Below are positions 1-14,693 of a DNA stretch of 64,000 nt, in pieces. The position numbers were made by a program, and so were the translations under genes. Position 1 is the stretch's first letter, and every line of letters starts with the position of its first letter. Under the pieces are notes generated by a model. It had not been told where the DNA came from. It did not search any database and was given only the letters and a program-made list of their open reading frames with translations. Source of the DNA: the human T2T-CHM13v2.0 reference genome, Homo sapiens. The DNA lies in NCBI RefSeq assembly GCF_009914755.1, contig NC_060946.1, one strand, 5' to 3'.

Positions 1-545
1 CATCCTTCCATATACCCACCCACTCATTCACCCACCCCTCCACCCTTCCATCCATCCATTTATTCACCCATGAATCCATCCACCCATCCATTGTTCATCC
101 ACCCACCCACCCAGCTTCCATCCACTCACCCAGCTTCCAAGCACTCACCCAGCTTCCATCCAACCACCCATCACACATCCATCCATCCATCCGACCACCC
201 ATCACACATCCATCCAGCCATCCAACAACCCATCATGCATCAACCCACCCATCCAACTATCCACCATTCATCCATCTATCCACCCATCACACATCCATCC
301 ATCCATCCATCCAACCACATCACACATCCATCCAACCACCCATCACACATCCATCCATCCATCCAACCACCCATCACACATCCATCCATCCATCCAACCA
401 CCCATCACACAGCCATCCATCCATCCAACCACCCATCATGCATCAACCCACCCACCCAACTATCCATCATTCATCCATCTATCCACCCTTCCACCTACTC
501 ACCTGCACTCAGCTGCCCACCTGTCCCTCCACCCACTCATCCATC
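1..545. repeat. Degenerate (CATC/CCAT)n simple repeat
   Basis: Continuous ccat/catc/ccac units; runs off the window start. Confidence 0.95.
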
Positions 546-636
546 TAATAAACTGCCAGCGTGGGCCATTCTTTAGGCAGTGGGGTTATAAGAATGAACA
601 AAACAGATCCCTGCCCTCATGGAGTTTCCATCTAGG
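546..636 (-). mobile_element. L2 LINE 3' end fragment
   Basis: tgaacaaaacagatccctgccctcatggagtttccatctag matches the reverse complement of the L2 3' terminus. Confidence 0.7.
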
Positions 637-904
637 TAAAAAAATGTCAGATGTTCAGAAAAACCAAAAATACATGAAGAGTTATAGCAGATGGAAAAAG
701 CAGAGGGGGAAGCTTTGAAGGGGTGCTGGCATGGAGGTGGAGGGGAGGGGAGGGGTCAAGCTGAAGAATTCAGGCAGGGCAGCCATCAAAGTAGGGTCAG
801 GACCAGAAAGGGTGGGCACAGCTAAGGCTCCTCGCCAAGCCCTTTCCACCCCATCAGATTCCAACCAAACCTGAGAAAGTACCTCCAGCCTCCAACATAC
901 ATGG

Positions 905-982
905 CTCACGTGCTCACACACACTCACATGCACGCACTCACATGCTCACACACACTCACATGCATGCCCACAGGCACACACA
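905..982. repeat. Degenerate (CA)n-rich tract
   Basis: cacacactcacatgcacgcactcacatgctcacacacactcaca. Confidence 0.75.
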
Positions 983-1494
983 GGGGTTCCCACCGCAGGG
1001 CAGTGGAGGCAGAGCCCCAGCCCTTTCCTGTTCTGCAACGTGACAGTCCCACACCAGCAAGGCCCCCACCGGAGATAGGAGCTGCACAGAAAAGCCCAGG
1101 CGGCTGCAGCCTCAGCAATGGGTCATGCACAGCAGTCCACTGCCAGTCAGGACCCTGCCTCTTCCCGGGGACTTCAGAACCCCTGTGGCATGCAGCCCCA
1201 GGCAGAAGCCAGGCCAGCAGAGGCCCCCAGCCACCAGGGCCTTTGTCCAGCAACAGAGCTGTGGGGGAGGACGTGCTACCAACTCGGCCCTGCAAGGCAG
1301 GCTGACATAGAGATGGAGGGACAGACAGGGCAGGGCCACATGGCGTCCCAACAGCTCAGGTGACGCTCCCTGACCCTGGGTATCCCCAGGTTCACATTTG
1401 GGGATGAGAACATGAGCACTTTCACAGCAACCTCCTCCAGAGGTGAGCACAGTCCACACATGACCTTCCCTACAAGGCAGGCCGCAGCACCTGG

Positions 1495-1600
1495 CTGGTC
1501 AGATGAGTACACGAAGGTTCAGAGAGGGCAGTTACTTGTGCTGGGTCACACAGCTGCATGGGTGGGAGCGGGAGTTAAGCCTGCATCTGCCTTAATGTCC
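1495..1600. mobile_element. MIR fragment
   Basis: agatgag...gaaggttcagagaggg...acttgtgctgggtcacacagct resembles the MIR core. Confidence 0.55.
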
Positions 1601-2691
1601 ACACAGAGCTTGCAGGGACGGGTCCAGTGAATGAGTGCACCTCACTGCCTTCCCTGGACAGGTGTCCCCTCCGAATGTCCCTATAGGAGAGGCCGACCAG
1701 GAGGCGAGATTGCAGGGGCCTCAGCACCCCATTCCAAACCCCCACAGCACTGCTGTCAGGACAGAGGTTTCCTGAGCAAGATCCTGGCTAGTGCCTCAGT
1801 TTCCCCAGCTGTAATAAATCCATCCCCCAAGGCAGGGATTTCTGTCTCTCTTGGGCCAGGAGCATTCCCCAGCACTAACAGGCTGATGTGAGTGAAACAG
1901 CTCATTTGGTACGGCTGTGAGCTACGCACCTGCGCAAGGGCGAGGTTACTATTACTGGTCCCTGTTCCTCCTGTTCCTCACTGCCTTCCTGAGACAGGAG
2001 GCACCCTCTGTTCACCCCTCCATGCCCCACTCCCTCTCCTCCTCCCCAGCTCCCACCGGGAACTGCTGTCTGTCAGCACCCATGTCTGCCCTTGGGTTTC
2101 ACGCATTGTTTGACTTTCTCACCTCCTGGTGACTTGCTCTGCACCTGGAATCCCTCCTGAGTCACACCTACAGGCGGCCCAGCCCTGCCCCACCTGGCAA
2201 GGTAGCCAGGAAAGCCCTCAGCAGGAGGCCCAGACCCCCGCCCCACAAGGAGGGAGCTGGGAAGGGGGAGGCCAGGGGAGCCCGGCACTGCAGAAGCCGC
2301 TTGTCCAGGGCTGGCCTTCTCTGCGTGACTGCATTAGTGTCTCTGAAACAAATTCCCAGATGATCTCCAGACACACCCATTTAAAAAAATAAGAAATGCA
2401 TTCCAGCAGCAAAGAAAAATGATTCCCACTGATCCACTGCTTTGCTGTTTCTTACGGGAGTCACCTACACGCTGAGGGCTGGAAACCCTGCCGAACCTGA
2501 AGGATGGGTGCATGTTTGACCGTCTTCTGGTGCTTGCAGCAGCTCCAAGCCAAAGGCTCCAGTAGCATGCGGGCCCAGGCGACCCCAGCCTGGAATCACC
2601 CTCGGGGACACAGCCTTTCAGAAGAGGGGCTCCCTACAACCTCCTTCTCCACAACACCGACGATGGAGGAGAGACTAGGAAATAACCCACC

Positions 2692-3150
2692 CTGTAATGG
2701 GCTACACGGTGGCCCCCAAAAGGAAGTGTCCACATAGTAATTCCTAAAATCTGGGAATGTTACCTTATATAGCAAAAGAAGGAATTTTACTTATATGGCA
2801 AAAGTGCAATTAAGTTAAGGATCTTGAGATGAGGCAATCCGATTAGCAGGTGGGCTCGATGCAATCACAACATGAATTATCGTAAAATGAGCGCAGAGGG
2901 AGATGAGAAGCAAGGGGAAGGGCTGGTGCACAGGGAGGCAGAGCCTGGAGCCAGGCAGCCGCAAGCCAAGGCCTGCAGCCACCAGGCGCCGGGGAGGCAG
3001 GGGGGCTCCTCCTAGAGCCTCCAGGAAGCGCAGCCGGCCCTGCCAACACCTTGATTTCGGCCTTCCAGCTGCAGAACTGAGGGAAGGCATGTCTGTTATT
3101 TTCAGCGCCCCGGTTTGTGATCACTTATCACAGCAGTCCTAGGAGAACGA
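2692..3150 (+). mobile_element. MLT1-type ERVL-MaLR solo LTR
   Basis: tgtaatgggct...ggcccccaaaag...ttaaggatcttgagatgag...ccctgccaacaccttgatttcgg...cagcagtcctagga. Confidence 0.8.
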
Positions 3151-4899
3151 GGCCCAGAACACACCGAGGAAACCAGCCAGTCAGCAGGAACCCTCTTCCA
3201 GGGTCAATCTCCTGAGGAAGCTGCACCCCAAAGCCTCCCAGCATCTCCTGGAGCCTACACAGACCTGGAGCCACGGGAGATAAAACACTCCTTGTTTGCC
3301 AGGGCTCTTATGGCACCGGGAAGACAGCGGCATGAGGACCCAGTGTGCCAAACAAACACAGCGTCTCCTGGGCCCGAGTGGACTCGGGAAGTCCTGGTTG
3401 CCAAGACTGGTAGGGGAGGGGCAACCACAGGACTCTGGATACCACAACACCTGGTCCCTGGCACTGGGGGTACACACAGCTGGCACTTAGGGGGCGGTCA
3501 GCCCTGCTGATCACCAGGACATGAGGGTCCCTACAGCCCCAGCACCAACCTGGGTACAGAACCCCATCTCGACTCCCCCTGCAGGGCGTTTCCAACCCCC
3601 TCAAAACAAACCCAGGGTCCTTCCAAGCCAAGGCGTGGGCCAGGGACTTGGCTCTCTTTAGAAGGACGTTGGTGGCAGCTCAGGAGGCCTCCAGGACCCA
3701 AGATGAGGATGAGCCTGGTGGTGGGTCCTACCTAGAGGGGACAGGGCCCAGCCAACACTTCCTGGTCCTGGAGTGAGGGGGACGCAGACTTCACGCCGCC
3801 CTTGGCCCAGCACATGCCAAGAAGACAGTGCCACTGTCGGGCAGGCGGGGCTCCCCTGTGCCCTCCAGGCCTCAGTAGTTGCTTTTCTCCAGGGGCCATG
3901 GGGTTGGGCACAGCCTGGAAACAGCCTTGTCCAGGGAGGATAGAGTTGAGTGGGGACATTCAGGTGGGATGGGTCTAGGTCTTCCACCCAGGGGAGAGGG
4001 CACTGTGCAGCCTGGCGCCCCACTGAGCACTTGGCTCCTGATGGTAGGGAGAGGGCTGGCCCTGCCATGCCTCGGAGGGAGGCAGGTTGGGGGGCCTGGA
4101 TGTGGGGCCAGGGTCTGGCCATGCTCCTGCTAGACATGGAAAGACGACCGAGGAAGGTGAGCCAGGCAGCTGTGCACAGCAGGGCTGGAAGGGACGTGCC
4201 CGGTGCGTTCGTTATCAGCATGCAGGGAAACCGTGCCAACTACGAACAGCAGCATGCCCGGGCTCAGCTGGAATGCTAGCGAAAACCTCACTCATCACGA
4301 GAAAAGGCTGCTCAGCACCCCAACGGTTCAAATTCCCCTGGCCACACCAGTGCGGGCCAGGACAGACAGTGCACTAGTGACAGATCAACGTCCAGAAAAA
4401 ATGAGCACGAATTCTTAATTCATCACTTGGAGTTGGGGGTCACGAACTGCCCTCATTAATACAAAGTCTACCCCCGCTATGTCCAGCCAGCTTCATCTGA
4501 TAAGTGTAACCCCACCACACCCAGCCCTGGCAGGCCAGAGGTGCGTGATTAACCTGGCCCCTGGCCCCCAGGAGCAGGACAGAGGCGGCTTTGTCTGTCC
4601 ACACCAGAGAAAAGGCTTGAAAGTGCTGACCGGAAGCGGGTGAGAGAGCAGAGAACACTCGCCCCCGAGGTCGTCTGGGTCACTACTCTCAGGGCAGAGG
4701 CTCAATTCGGACTCTCCAGCAGCTCCCAGCAGCCCTGGGTCCAGATCGTGGCCGGTTATAAACAGCAGAGACTGCCAGACCCCCACCACAGCGCCGATGG
4801 TGGGACCTGCTCACTACGCATGCCTTCAACAAATATTTACCGGGTGTGAGTGGTCGAGATTGTTTAATTAGGGAGAGGAGACACCAGGAGCAGCCGGGG

Positions 4900-5332
4900 T
4901 TGTTAGCAAAATAATGGACCCCAAAAGGCGTCCACATCTTCATCTCTGAAAGCCAAGGATGTGTGACCTCAAGGCCTAAGGGACTTTGCAGATGTGATTA
5001 AGGATCTTGAGACGGGGCAGTCATCCTGCATTACTGTGTGGCCCCAAAGTCATCACAAGGCTCCTTGTAAGCGGTGGGAGGGTGAGGGGCAGAAGGTGCT
5101 AGTGGTGGAAGCAGGGGTCGGAGTGAGGTGAGGAAGGTGCCAGGGACTAAGGACCAGGTGGCCTCCAGCAGCTGAGGAAGGCAGAGCAGGAGGCCCTCCC
5201 CAGGGCCTCCCGGAGCAGCCCCGCCCACGCCCCTGAATGCAGGGCTCCTGCCCTCCAGAACAGTAAGAATGAATCCGTGCTGCGTTAAGCCCCTCGTGTG
5301 TGGAAATGTTACAGCGGCCACAGGAGACTCGT
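4900..5332 (+). mobile_element. MLT1-type solo LTR
   Basis: aataatggaccccaaaagg...gggactttgcagatgtgattaaggatcttgaga...ttaagccc...gttacagcggccacagga. Confidence 0.8.
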
Positions 5333-5834
5333 GCAGGGGTGAGCGAGCGTGCCCAGCCCTGCTGTCACGGAGCCCACACTCTCTCTGCAGAAGCAGCATC
5401 CCTCCAGTGCACGCACAGACGCCCATGACCCGCAGCCAGCCCGGCCAGGCAGCCTTGTCTCCCCTCAACAGCACAGACTTCGAAGTCACGGGGAACGGCG
5501 TGTGCTTTAAACCACAGCGAGGTTTCTATTGCATGCGGCTCGTCTTCAGGCCACTTTTCTAACTGTGGGCCAGACATTTCTGGGCAGATGTTTGTTCCTC
5601 ACTGACTCACATTCCACACCTAGTTCAGCTCGCCCACCTCCAAGCTGTCCGGGTGGGACGCGGGAAACCCTCTGCTCCTGCGCTTAGCGTTCGCAAAGGT
5701 AAACACATCGCAGAAACCTGCCTCCCACCCTGGAGTGGCCCGTGGTCCTCGCAGACACGCGACAGGCAGGCCAGTGAGAAGCGCCAACAGCCCTGGTTCC
5801 CAAACTCCTTAGCTCCTCAGCGAAGGAGCACCCA

Positions 5835-6657
<823 letters not shown>

Positions 6658-7359
6658 GAAGCCGGAGGAGGACTGCAGGGTGTGAGGACCGTGCTGGGCT
6701 CCAGTGCTGGTGGGCTGTGCCTGCACACGCCGCACAGGACGCTAATTCTGTTTATCAAAAGCCCCAGCTTTGGGGAAAGAAATTGAGTGGAGAACAGGAG
6801 ATATCTGGCTACATTGACCCACACCCTGATCCCCCGGCAAGATTTTTATAGAAAACAGTTATCCAGAAATGAAATAATGCCCCAGCTTTACAGCTACGTA
6901 CCAGGGACATGGCAAATCTCAAAACCTGGACTCTGTACAAAAAGCCAAATGCAAAAGACTTGAGAAGCACCAAGGAGAGAAAAACTTGAAGTAATCCTGA
7001 ATTATCTGAAAAGCACGTTTTCCCAAGAAAGGATTCTGTTACTGCTTTATTTGAGATTTTAATTACAGGTTATGTAATGAGTTTTATTTTGAATGATAAT
7101 TAACGCTCAAGTTTAAGGACTAACTGCGACTTTACTAGGAATACTTGGAAGTGAAGCTTTAATCCTGGAAGCCACAGCGAGCACTGGCCCACGTGCAACC
7201 CTGCGCTAAGCAGACGTCACTCCGCAGGGTGATGGCACAGCTCGCCATGAATGAGGACCTTATCTGAAAGTGCAGAACTTGCAGGCTGGGAGGGATGAGT
7301 GCGTCAGCAGATCACATGAAGATGGAAAGCCCATGACTCTGATAAGAGAACCCAAAATA

Positions 7360-7712
<353 letters not shown>

Positions 7713-8073
7713 TTACAACAGAATCGCAGAAGGGCTAGAATTTATTTTTAAGATTTTCCCATGAGCACACAGGTGATTATGTTTTTACACCAGAAGTTTC
7801 TCTGTCCTTGAACCTACACAGATTGTCCTTGGCCCCAGGAGGCCCTCGCAGGGACAGTTGGGGACCATGACCTGGGGCGGGGGGTGGGGGGCTCATACAG
7901 GACAATTGCTATTGTCCCAGCCTAGGGAGTTGGTACAAAGCTCAAAGCCAGCAGCACTGAAGCGCTCCCAAGTGGCTACTCACCTACTCGGTTCCTGATT
8001 CCCAAACCAAGCTACGGCCCCAGCTAGGGAGCACCCGACACTCCCGAAGTCCACGTGGCGTGGACGTACAGGG

Positions 8074-8379
<306 letters not shown>

Positions 8380-9742
8380 TCAAGAATAAACTCAACCCTA
8401 ACAAAACAGCCCCGGCCCACTGGCGCACACAGGAGGGGCACCCAGGTCTGCCTCTACCCAGACATGAGGTGAGTGAAAGTGACTTGTTGCCGTCCCCCTC
8501 CAAGATGTTCAGCCTTGCAGAAAAACCCGCCTTTCCTGTGATATCAGAGCTGCCACTCAGGAATGCACCCCATGGGAAGACGAAGACGCTACCGTGATGA
8601 CAAATCACCCGCTCACAGCGCGGACAGAGATGAGGAAGGCTTCCCGGGAATGCCCAGAGGCCTGGAGCCCACGCTCCCGCTCACAGCTGTGATGAGCACG
8701 AGGGCGGACCCACATGGGAGCTTAGCCAGTGCTCACAGGGGCAGGACAGAGTCAGACATACCTCGGCGTCCCCTAGGAAGGGGCAGAGGAGACAGGGAAG
8801 GGAAGTGTACGTGATTGGAGGGTCCGGTTCCTCCTAGCTCAGCACCAGAGGCAGCACAGGCAGCACTCTGACCACAACACAGAATGAGTTTCAGGCCCCG
8901 AGGGCATTATCTCTGGCCTACGTGGAGGGGCGGGATGGCCAGCCCTTGTCTCATTTGCACACGGTGCCTGCTGCAGACCCGCGGGCATGTTCTGTTGGGC
9001 GGAGGACGCTGCTGTCTGCATCTAGTGCAGAGGGAGGAAGGTGACAATGACAAGCAAACACCACCATGGGGGTGAGGGCTGCAGGGAGGACAGAGGAGTG
9101 GGGACAGGGAGGGAACATTCAGGGAAGACCTGGGGGAAGGTGCGCTGGAGGGGCAAGCACCACGGTGAGAGAGGCCAGTGTGTGTCCCGAAGGCCAGAGT
9201 GACCTCAGCCTGGGGAGCCGGGGGTGAGGCTAGACCTCTGAGTGCCACAGGCCCAGTGACTGCACTTTATACTGGAGCACCGGTCACCCCAGGAAGGCCT
9301 GAACACTGATGTGACAAATGCCTGCTTCACCAGGCATCCTGGGCGCTCCGTGAAGAAGGGATCGTCAGGGCAGGACGAGGGTGGCAGGGAGGGCAGGAGA
9401 AGGCCCCACCAAGGTGATAACATGAAAACAGGGACAGGCAGCAGAGAGAAGAACTGGGCTGGGGAGGCAGCGTCATTAGGTCGTGGCAAGAGGCTGAACG
9501 TGGGGCCAAGGGGCATCCACTGTGAGCCCGTGGGCTGAAATAAGGGATGGGGAGAGGAAGCAGGATCAGAGCAGGGAGTATCTGGAGTTGGTACTGGGGA
9601 CACCCTCCAGGGGACCAGAGGGAAGAGGCTGGAGGCCCGGGGCATCTGACCCTCCCAGGAGCAGCTGTGAGACTCACCTCTCACAAGAGATCCCCAAGTC
9701 GAATCCTGGCCCCGCCCGCCTGGTGCTGCACCTGGGTGTTGA

Positions 9743-10169
<427 letters not shown>

Positions 10170-10559
10170 GGTTCCCATTTTAGTAATGAGTGAGTGGTCG
10201 TAATTGTTTAATTAGGGAGAGCAGACACCAAGAGCAGCACCAGGATTCAAAACCGAGTCCTAAGGCCAGTCCTGATTTAATGAGGTCAGGTTTCTTGTGG
10301 GGAAGGAACAGCGGCCTCCCAGCCCCTCAGGTGTGAGGTTAACAGCTGCAAAGCCCCTCCGGGGCCACTGCATACCACCCATCACACTGCCCCTTTCAAC
10401 CAGCACGGAAGGCGCCTTTCACAAAATGCTGTTAAACAAATGATGCAAGAGGAAGGATCTAAGCTGGTAAACCTGGCCGGCCGTTGACCCTCGAGGGTCT
10501 ACAGCTGCAGCTCAGAAGCCAGAATGCCTGGGTTTGAATCCTGACCCCACCCTCCACAG

Positions 10560-10750
10560 TGCCAGCAGGGTCCTTGCCCTCAGCGCTGAGGCCGCTTCTC
10601 TGCCGTGGGGCGGCCCTGTGCACTACAGATGTCAAGCAGCATTCCTGGCCTCAACCCACCAGCACCCCCACCCCCAGCTGTGACAACCAAAAATGTCTGA
10701 TTTTGTCAAATGTCCCTGGGGGCAAAATCACCCCTAGTGGAGAACCACTG
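10560..10750 (-). mobile_element. MER20 (hAT-Charlie DNA transposon) within a MIR
   Basis: tgtgacaaccaaaaatgtct...aaatgtccctgggggcaaaatcacccc...gagaaccactg; MIR-like sequence on both sides (about 10510-10555 and 10770-10900). Confidence 0.85.
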
Positions 10751-10906
10751 GGCTAGATGCTTTGATGTCTTGTACCTCAGTTTCTATGACCCCATTATAA
10801 AATGGGATCATAGAGCTGCCTCGAGAAGTCAATGAGAAAATACGTGTAGAATCATCTAGAGCAGTAACCAGCAGAGCAGAGCACCACTAAACATTAGCTA
10901 CAATCC

Positions 10907-11157
10907 GGCCAGGCGTAGTGGCTCACGCCTGTAAACCCAACACTTTGGGAGGCCAAGGCAGGCGAATCACCTGAGGTCAGGAGTTTGAGACCAGCCTGGC
11001 CAATATAGCGAAACCCAGTCTCTACTAAAAATACAAAAAATTAGCCGGGCGTGGTGATGCATGCCTGTAGTCCCAGCTACCCAGGAGGCAGAGGTTGCGG
11101 TGAGCTGAGATCACACCACTGAACTCCAGCCTGGGTGACACAGTGAGACTCAGTCTC

Positions 11158-11160
<3 letters not shown>
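10907..11160 (+). mobile_element. Alu with an internal deletion in the right monomer
   Basis: cccagctac|ccaggaggcagagg junction; TSD cattagctaca(a/g)tcc. Confidence 0.93.
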
Positions 11161-11188
<28 letters not shown>

Positions 11189-11208
11189 CCACACCCACAC
11201 CCACACCC
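11161..11208. repeat. (CA)n followed by (CACACC)n microsatellite in the Alu tail
   Basis: Direct reading. Confidence 0.95.
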
Positions 11209-14200
11209 ATTAGCTACAGTCCCTGCCATCCTGGGGGACAGAGACATGGAAGTGTGTGAACCACACCCAGCATGGGGGTGGACCAACAAAAGCATAAGCA
11301 AGGCACCCAGGAAGCTTCAAGGGAGGAAACCTATGATCCATCTGAGGAGGTCGGGAAACTTCCAGAACCTTCTCAGAGCAGGTGTACAGCTGCGGAAGCA
11401 GATTTTGAGGGAGGCCCATGATGGGCAGATGGATGGGGAGGAGACACATTTCAGATGAAGGGATGGCAGGTGCAGAGGGGAGACGGAACAGGGCCCTGTG
11501 TCTGGACCCACAGGAGCCAAGTCAGAGCCTGAGCAATTTAACAACAAACACAACTACGATGTTTACAAAAAGACCAAGGGGCTGAGAACCGAGGAACACC
11601 AGCCCGTGTTTGCCTCTCAGGGTTGTTTAGGACTCTCTGCAGAGCGGAGAAACTGGGAGGCCATCCCAGGCACATCTAAGATGCCGGAGCCTTAAGGCTT
11701 CCTGCCCTCGTCCCTTTCGGAGAATGGGATGGCTGCAGACCCCAACCACAGTCCCAACGCCGTGAGCGGGTGGCAGCCCTCCTTTCCCTGCAAAGATCAG
11801 GGGAATCCACAGACCCTGGGGCCTTGGACTTCTCTAAGGCCAAAATGGATTTCAGGGACACGGGAGAGCCATCAGTATTTTCTCCAGCATCAAATTTGAT
11901 GAGCTTTTCCTGAAATTAATTGCTACTTCCTTCATCCAGCTCCTGCTGTCTCCTGTCCCGCAACACAAGAAGCCAGGGGCTTTCAGCAGCCACTTGGGCC
12001 GATTCCAACCTTGCAACCGTGAGGCCCCCGAGCTCGGCTTACCAGGGAGCAAGTAATAAAACCCCTCTGCCGACAGCACCACTTTCATCGTGAATAAATG
12101 AGCTCAATTACCTCCACGCAGAAAAAGGAGCGCTTCAAAGGGAAAGAGGGAAAAGGGGAGGAAGAGGGACGGAGTAGAAATAATCAGTCTTAATTAGCCT
12201 TATCTCCGAGGGAAATACATATGATAATTTTGGTACCCAAAGAGATTCAAATTAGTCTCATGCCAATCATTACATGTTAGTGGGTCTTACTGGTGATGAC
12301 AGACTTGGCCGTTCCCCAGTCATTAGTTTTCTAAAAATGACTCTCCCGATGAAAAGAAAACCTGAGAAGCTCAGAAGGTGGGTTCCCCCCAATGGGTCAA
12401 TCATCTTCAGAGGGGATCTGCTGGCCCAGGGGTCCCCAGGGGCCTCGACCACCCCTGCCCAGTGCAGCCCCAAGCTTCCTGCAGCCTGGACTGGCAGCCT
12501 GGAAGGCCGATGCAGGTCTCAAAGCCACGTTAGACGTTACCCTAGGGCTCCTGACTCATCTGACAAAGCCAGAGGTGGGGGGTGCTTGCACAGTCCCCTC
12601 TACCCATGAAAAAGCCAACGGCACAGATGAACTTGGTCACCCCCCAGAACAGGCTGGGGGAGGTCTGGCTGTGTGCGCTGGCCTGGTATACAGTAGGTAC
12701 TATCTGCGGAGTAAAGATGGCGTCCTTGCCAACTCTTGGGAGCGTAACAGGCCCCTTTCCAGGGACCCGCGGCCACGGCTTCTTCATCTGAAGCAGGAAA
12801 GTCGACGAAGCGCCCCCCACCCAGGCCACATGGCGGGCACTGGCTCGGGGAAGGGGCGCTGACCGTGCTGGCCACTGCTACATCCAAGCTGGCCCTTCAG
12901 AGAGGCAGAGCAGCCCACTCAAGGCCGTGAGGGGCAAAGGGGAGGAAGGGGACCTGGGGAAGCTGACACAGAACAGGAATCCACTGAAAGAGCAGAGGAG
13001 GGGGCCTGGTTCAGGCCTGCTCATACCTGGAGTCGTCCCCACCCCCAAACCCAACGCAGGTGTGGGCTGTGGGAGGCGGGGGTCTCCCGCCGCCTCTGCC
13101 TGCCTGCCTGCCTTGCCCACAGCCGAGCCCCGGTATAGCCAGGAATTTAGGATTAGCATTCAGTGAGAGACAGCGTGGGGAAGAGCCCCAGACCCAGACG
13201 GCACCAACAGACAGCCACAGACTAGCAGGCGTGGGAACACCACGGGGCAGGTGACCACACTGCCTTCCTTCCACCTGCCATATGACCAGAGGGCCACCAA
13301 CCTGGAGCGCAGGAAGTCAGAGCCGGGAGCACCCTTGCATCAGGCTGCCAACACCCGTGCTGGTGGTTTTCCCTCCACTTCTGATGCAGAGAACCTTGGA
13401 AGCCATCCTTCCTCTCTCTCTCTGCTCCCCTGCGCTCTTCCTGCCTGATAAATACCTGCTAATACCTCAAACCCTTGTTATAAGCTCGATAAACTTGTGC
13501 TATGTGCTGGTAACGAGCAGCTAACGATTGCTCAGGTGTTTATATTAAACAGATTAATCGAGGACACAGTCGATGGAAGAGTCTCAAAGTTATCTCCGGT
13601 ATGAACCAAATCCTGCCTAATCCCAGAGAGCTTTCAAAAAAAAAAAAAGACAGACTATTCACCACTGGGACCATTGTAAACTCGCTTATCAAATGAGCCG
13701 TCATTTTGTGGAACAGCCAATCAAAGACCAAAGCAAGATGTGCGCTGAGATGCAGAGAATGTGTGTTTCTGTACCACTCTCGGGGTGGCTCTTTATTTTT
13801 AAAAACCACCGTTGGCTACATTTGGAGTAATTCATCTTGGTGATGAGTCAGGAGGTATCAAGGAAAGAGCATCTTCAGAGGCGGGAGGATGAGTCACGAA
13901 ATTTCTACGGTGACAGGGAGGCATGAAAAAACAGGATTTCAAGACCCAAATGATTAATGGCTCAATGGTTTCCACCTGGTTCCACTGTTTTACGCTAACC
14001 AATTAAGCCTGCAATCTGGAATAAAGTACTTTCACCTGAGGGCCACTTAAAAGCAACTCATGTCATTTCATGCGTTTAGGTTTTCTTTTAACTGGATCTC
14101 ACCCTGTAACCTTGTCCTACTGTTCTCCTAAAGCAGGCAGTTAAGTCGGGCAGGGAAAGTGAGTAAGCCGTGGGCTACGGTCAGGGAAGCCCCGAGCTGG

Positions 14201-14219
14201 CTAAGAAAGTGCCATTGCT

Positions 14220-14525
14220 GGCCGGGCACGGTGGCTCACGCCTGTAATCCCAGCTCTCTGGGAGGCTGAGGCGGGTGGATCACTTGAAGTCAGGAGATCA
14301 AGACCAGCCTGACCAACATGGCGAAACCCCATCTCTACTAAAAATACAAAAATTAGCTGGGCGTGGTGGCCTGTGCCTGCAACCCCAGCTACTTGGGAGG
14401 CTGAGGCAGAGGAATCGCTTGAACCGAGGAGGCGGAGGTTGTAGTGAGCGAAGATTACGCCACTGCACTCAAGCCTGGACAATAGAGTGAGATCATCTCA
14501 AAAAAGTTAAAAAAAAAAAAAAAAA
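14220..14525 (+). mobile_element. Alu (S-type), antisense to CELSR1, about 170 bp downstream of the exon donor
   Basis: Full dimer; degenerate TSD aaagtgccattgct/aaagtaccgttact. Confidence 0.95.
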
Positions 14526-14693
14526 GTACCGTTACTGAGATCATCTCAAGGTTCGTGGAGCCCACACCTGGGCCCAGCGCCCATCCTCCAGCTGTTTTCC
14601 CCGGAGGGAAGTAAACAGAGGAAACCACCTGAGACCCTCGGCCATGTGACCTGGGGACATGTACACAAAGCCAGGGTGAGCCCGGGCACCTAC

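Noticed and set aside
70-576. 168-aa His/Pro-rich ORF
   Set aside because: Translation of the (CATC)n simple repeat.
14684-14693. Tandem alternative donor G|GTAG|GTGCCC
   Set aside because: The downstream GT has a poor +3 to +6 match and would frameshift; no evidence of use.
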